Under the pieces are notes generated by a model, which was not told the DNA's origin, ran no database searches, and worked only from the letters and a program-made list of their open reading frames with translations. The position numbers and the translations under genes were made by a program. From Hypanus sabinus (Eukaryota), in contig NC_082710.1 of assembly GCF_030144855.1 (NCBI RefSeq), positions 144,150,001 through 144,214,000 of the forward strand: a stretch of 64,000 nt of DNA, given 5' to 3'. Below are positions 59,187 to 64,000 of the stretch, in pieces (the stretch's first letter is position 1; the number at the start of each line of letters is the position of its first letter).

Positions 59187-60692
59187 GCAATCTAGTTATC
59201 TAAAACCGTAAGGAGTAAGAAGGTTGGAGAAGATCAGAGGAATTTTTTTCAATGACAGGGTGTTGTGATTTGGAGCACAGACCTGGGAGGGTGACGCAGG
59301 GAGGGACTCACAACATTTACAAAATGTCTGGGAAAAGCACTTCAGTCTCCAATGCACAGGAAGCTACGGACCAAGTGTAAGTATATGGACCGAAGGATCT
59401 GTTCCTGTACTGTAATTTTCTATAACTTTGTGACTTTGAGTTAGCATCTTCTGTAATGTTATAATGGAAAACATAAACAAATTTATACCAGCAACATCCC
59501 ACAAACAGTGTAGAAAATATGTATTTGTACATATGGAGCAAGAATGTGGTTAAGGATACTGGATGTGTTAAGAAAACCTCTCCATCACACTCAGAATGTC
59601 CCAGAGAACTTTACAGGCAATGACTACTCACACAGTAACCCCACTGGTGATGCCACAGAACGTAGAACAGTACAGCTCAGGAACAGGCCCTTCAGCCGAC
59701 AATGTTGTGTCAAACTAACCCTTTCTGCCTACACATCCTTCAATTTACCTCACATTCATTTACCTATCTAAACATCCTCTTAAAAGTACCTAATGTATCT
59801 GCCTCTATCACTCCAAAGGCAGTGCATTCCAAACTCCCTCAAACAGTGTTGCTGTAATGACTGGGTAATCCCATTTAAGAAATCTTGATTGAGGGAAAAA
59901 AATTACTGGATATGGGCAATGGGGAGAATCTTTCAGCTGAGCTTCCAAGTATTGTCATAGGTATTTCTATGTGAGAACAAATTAGGCCTTGTTTTAATAT
60001 CTCTTTTGAAAACCGTGGTCTTTCAGTACTTATCTGGAATTACTATTCCCAAGTCTCTGGGATGTGCCTTGAATGGAGAACCCTGAGGTTCAGGTGACTA
60101 TGTTACCATTCGACTCACAGTTGACAGTAATTCCCTGCTCCAGTTCAAGCATTTCTTATGGACCTTTCAAATTCATTTATACAGACAAAGGGAATTAATT
60201 TGATGACTCAAGGGGTAGTTAGGACATCTGAAAGTGTGCTGAAACTTCGCTCCGGACTTCCCTGCTGTGGCCCTGGCCTAGTCTTGATCCTCAGCCTGCA
60301 TTGTGATAACTGAGTTTTTCTTAGACTCCTTAAAAATTATTTCAGGATATAAATGGAACAGGTGGATAATAAGCAAGGACATATGTTGAGTTTAAAGTAT
60401 AGATTTTATTAAAACATAAGAAAGGAGGATGGATTTTAAAAATGCGATGTGTTAAGTCTTCGAGGAGGGATGATACCTCTCTAGATTTATTCCAGCCTCC
60501 GAGGCTCCATACTAGCATCTGCAAATCATTAATTATAAAGCATGAAACCAGTCCTTCGGCACAACTTATACCATACAGACCAAGGTGCATTTCTTGAGCT
60601 AGTCCTGTTTGGCTATATATATCTAATTCTTTCCTATCCATGTATCTGTCCCAAATATCTTTTAAATATAATTGTAACTGACTCTGTCTTTA

Positions 60693-60899
60693 GCACGAGA
60701 AAATCTGCAGAGGCTGGAGATCCAAAGCAACACACTCAAAATGTTGGAGGAACTCAACAGGCCAAACAGCATCTTTAGAAAAGAGTAAACAGTCAACGTT
60801 TCGGGCAGATCTTCTTCAGGATTTGGCCTGAAATGTCCGACGGCCTTCTCTTTTCCATAGATGCTGCCTGGTCTGCTGAGTTCCTCCAGAATTTTGTGC
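60693..60899. mobile_element. Short fold-back Penelope-derived insertion
   Basis: Arms caaaatgttggaggaactcaacaggccaaacagcatct / agatgctgcctggtctgctgagttcctccagaattttg. Confidence 0.8.
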
Positions 60900-61930
60900 T
60901 TCTATTTTATTCATATTTCTATTATTTGGCATGCTTGACAAGTTTTATTCCTATCAGCACACTGCTATTTGTGTACTAATTTTATTTCAAGGTGAATGTG
61001 AATTTTCACTGCTTTGAGCTACACTTTATATATGAACTAAATTTTACAAATATACTTTAAATCAAGTTACAACCCTTTACAAGTTCTGGTGAAATAAGTC
61101 TGGTAGGTATAGCTATTTGTAATACAGGTGAATAAATTGAATCTCACTATAATTTCATCAAAATGAACATAATTTCTACAAACCTAGGTACATAAAGTCA
61201 TCTATTTAAAGCATCTCCTGTTATCTTGTTAAGTGTTTTTCCTCAGTAATATGGTTGAGCCAATTATTAACCAACCTCCTCAGCAATCATTTCTTCCTAA
61301 ATACTTAAAGTTATTAAAGCTGCTCATTAGAGGTGTCAGTTCCTTTGTTTACGTGTAAACTAGATTGAATGAAGCAACTGTGAAGCCAAGTTCAAGGCAG
61401 TGCTTTGTCACAGTGAAAGTCTAATTCTTACTACTCAATTTATTTGAGAGTATTTTATTGCCTTTCCCCTGCTTGCCCATCCCTTATCCACAAAATTGGA
61501 CTTGACCATTGATTTAATTGTTTCGTTGCAATTATAAATTGACTGATTTTGCATAAAGAAGCTGCAGTAATCTTATAGTAAAGATTTCCCTGCTGAGTGA
61601 CTGCATAATATCTATCATTTTATCAACCACCATATTTTAAAAGCACTCTGTGAACCCGGTTTTTTTTCTGCACTTTGAGTTGATGCTAAATGCCCAACAG
61701 TTTTAGCATAAGTCTGCAATCTTCGTGAGTCTTTCTTGATTGCTTGACATGTCTGGATAGATAGTATTGACCTAGGAAGTGATGTCAAATGTATGAGGAG
61801 TCCCAAGTACCAAAATGTACTATTGGCCGCACTAACTGGACTGCCTAATCAATATATTCCATCGGGTGCTTCGTGCATTTTGTGACACAAAGAACCTGAA
61901 AGCATCAAAGAACTACCATAAACATAAGAC

Positions 61931-62389
61931 CCACAAAATGGTGGATGATCTTAGCAAATCAGGCAGAATCTTCGGAAAAGAATAAAGGACTTTCTGGGCC
62001 GAGATGTCCTGATGAAGGGTCTTGGTCCGAAATGTCAACTCTTTATTCCTTTCCATAGATGCTGCCTGACCTGCTAAGCATTCAGCATTTTGTGTGTTTG
62101 TTTGTTTAAAAATACTGAGTGGAAGAGGCCCTTCTGCACCGCTCAGCAACCCACCTGTTAACCCCACCCTAATCACAGGACATTTACAATGACTAATTAA
62201 CCTACTAACTAGTACATCTTTGGACTGTAAGAGGAAACTGGAGCACCCGAAGGGAAAACCCACGTCCTTATGGGAAGAACGTACAAATAGTGCAGGAATT
62301 GAACTCCAAACTCACGACGGCATGAGCTGTATTAATGTTGTGCCACTCACTGCTCTGGATTTCCTGCATCTACAGAATCTTTTGTGCTA
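61931..62389. mobile_element. Fold-back Penelope-derived insertion with 13-bp TSD, containing a nested minus-strand V-SINE (~62095-62345)
   Basis: TSD ATAAACATAAGAC 61918-61930 / 62390-62402; hammerhead core CTGATGA(62009-62015)-a-gggtcttggtcc-GAAA-tgtc. Confidence 0.85.
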
Positions 62390-62756
62390 ATAAACATAAG
62401 ACTACAAGCCCTAGGAGTAGAATTAAGCCATTCAGCCCATCGAGTCAATTCCAGCATTCCATCATGGCTGATCTGTTTTCCCTTTCAACCTCCTTTTCCT
62501 GCCTTCTCCCCATAACCTTTGATGTCCTTACTAGTCAAATACCTATCAACCTCCACTTTAAATATGACTCGGCCTCTGCAGCTGTATGTGGCAATGAATT
62601 CCACAAATTCACCATGCTCTGGCTAAAGAACTTACTCCTCATCTGTTCTAATGGACGTCCTACTATTCTGCTGTGCCCTCTGGTCCTGGAATCTCCCACT
62701 ATTGGAAACATTCTCTGTACATCCACTCTACCTAGTCCTTTCAATATTTGGTAGAT
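62390..62756 (-). mobile_element. CR1 3' fragment
   Basis: YQILKGLGRVDVQRMFPIVGDSRTRGH..FFSQSMVNLWNSLP. Confidence 0.88.
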
Positions 62757-64000
62757 ATATCTCACAGAAACTTCCAAATCCATTATAGGAAAAGGTAAAT
62801 CAATACGAGTGTCCTGTCCACGGTCAACCCCTCCAACAGTGGTCAACTACACTCAGCTTGATGTAATTAGGTGTACAATGCTAGGCACTAGGCATAGCCT
62901 AACACTGGACTCCCCACATCAGAATTTCTATTCAGTGTGTAACTGGGAGGCAGTTGATGGGACTGTGGGGAGAATGTAATCAGATTAGTGCAGATGGGTG
63001 TTTGCTGCTTGCGACGGATGTGGTGGGCCAAATGCCTTTTTTCCCTTCCATATGACTCTTCCTAAAAATGATCAGCCTTGTGCCCATCTCGCTAGACTTT
63101 AGCCCCTGAATAGACTAAGCTTTTCCAGCTCTCAGATCACAACTTGCATATCATTACAAAGAAAGTGTGGACGGAGACGAATTTCTGCAGCAGCTAGATT
63201 TGAGGAAGATGCTTCACAGTTCTTTCCAGCCAATGGAGTGAAGAGCTTGGATGAGGTGAATAGAAGACTCTATGTTTTGTGGTCAGTGTTATTCCCTTAG
63301 AGTCGTTACACGGCCACTGATCGCAAAGTTCTGATTAGTGAGGAAGCAGCTGAGGAGAATGGTGGTAGTGATCTCTATTGCAGACAGTAGGGAAACCCCT
63401 CTGTAGTTATGACAAGAGGGATTTTCTTTTTTCCCTATCTGTAAGATGGTGAGGAAGGCATGTATTCATCTACACACAGTGTGTGCACTGGGCCTGGTTA
63501 TTCTGGGAGATGTCAGATTGTGAATCTGAATCAGGAAAGGAAAGTAAATGATCCAATATCTAACACATCAAATTGGAGGTGGGGAGAGAAGTGAGGAAAG
63601 ATTCATCTACTGAAGATTCGTTTGGAGTCAACACTTCATTGACATTACTGCATAAGTGATACAAGTTCTGATTCATAGTATGGGAACAAATGGAATTCGG
63701 TCTAAAAGCCCAAACCAATTGGGAATGTGTGAGGCTAACATTCTAGACCAATAGGTAGAGGGGAATAGGGAGAGAAGGCAAAGACTGGAGTTCCAAGAGG
63801 GAAGTTCACAGACCACACCTGGCCATCTGAGGTTAACAAAGATGGTTTTCTGTGCATCTCAGTTTGGGAACAACAGCACAAGGTAAGTTATATTTGTTAA
63901 TGCTCCCCACCTTTCTTCCAGCGTGTGATTGGTCTGCATCCATTTACAAACGTACATTAATGTTCTTGAAGTGAGAGTAGCTCATTGTTACACTACTCAC

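Larger units (their letters stand above)
57595..59430 (+). mobile_element. Old CR1 split by two younger insertions (57968-58724 and ~58920-59186)
   Basis: RLQNDIGQLV.WAE; KSLVRSQ; resumes ctggagggagtgcaaagg at 58744; tail ggaccgaaggatctgttcctgtactgt. Confidence 0.7.

Noticed and set aside
42026-64000. Further CLYBL coding exons
   Set aside because: No translation resembling the HpcH/CitE domain found by eye; exon 2 presumably lies beyond the window

Overview
Eukaryotic genomic DNA, AT-rich and repeat-dense. The repeat families (CR1, Penelope-like, Rex1/Babar-type LINEs, V- and Deu-domain SINEs, Tigger/Tc1/hAT) suggest a cartilaginous fish, probably a ray; this is an inference. The left half holds the last 11 coding exons of TM9SF2 (+ strand, 836-32756). 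All junctions are GT-AG and phase-compatible, 1273 coding nt in total, ending ...KIYSVVKVD*, followed by a ~1.5 kb 3'UTR. A CpG island at ~41.6-42.3 kb has CCAAT, GC and YY1 motifs and a 44-nt first coding exon, most likely CLYBL by vertebrate synteny; the rest of the window would be its first intron. Nearly all ORF-track entries are transposon remnants or exon read-through. Most notable non-obvious signals: (1) Penelope terminal repeats carry minimal type-I hammerhead ribozyme motifs, and five short fold-back insertions all turn around inside that motif; (2) a multi-level nested transposon stack at 22.8-28.2 kb; (3) two template-switch scars in one CR1; (4) substitutions in normally conserved TM9SF2 motifs; (5) candidate developmental enhancers and Deu-SINEs in the presumed CLYBL intron. 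I found no evidence of a new protein-coding system. Repeat boundaries without TSD/TIR support are approximate.
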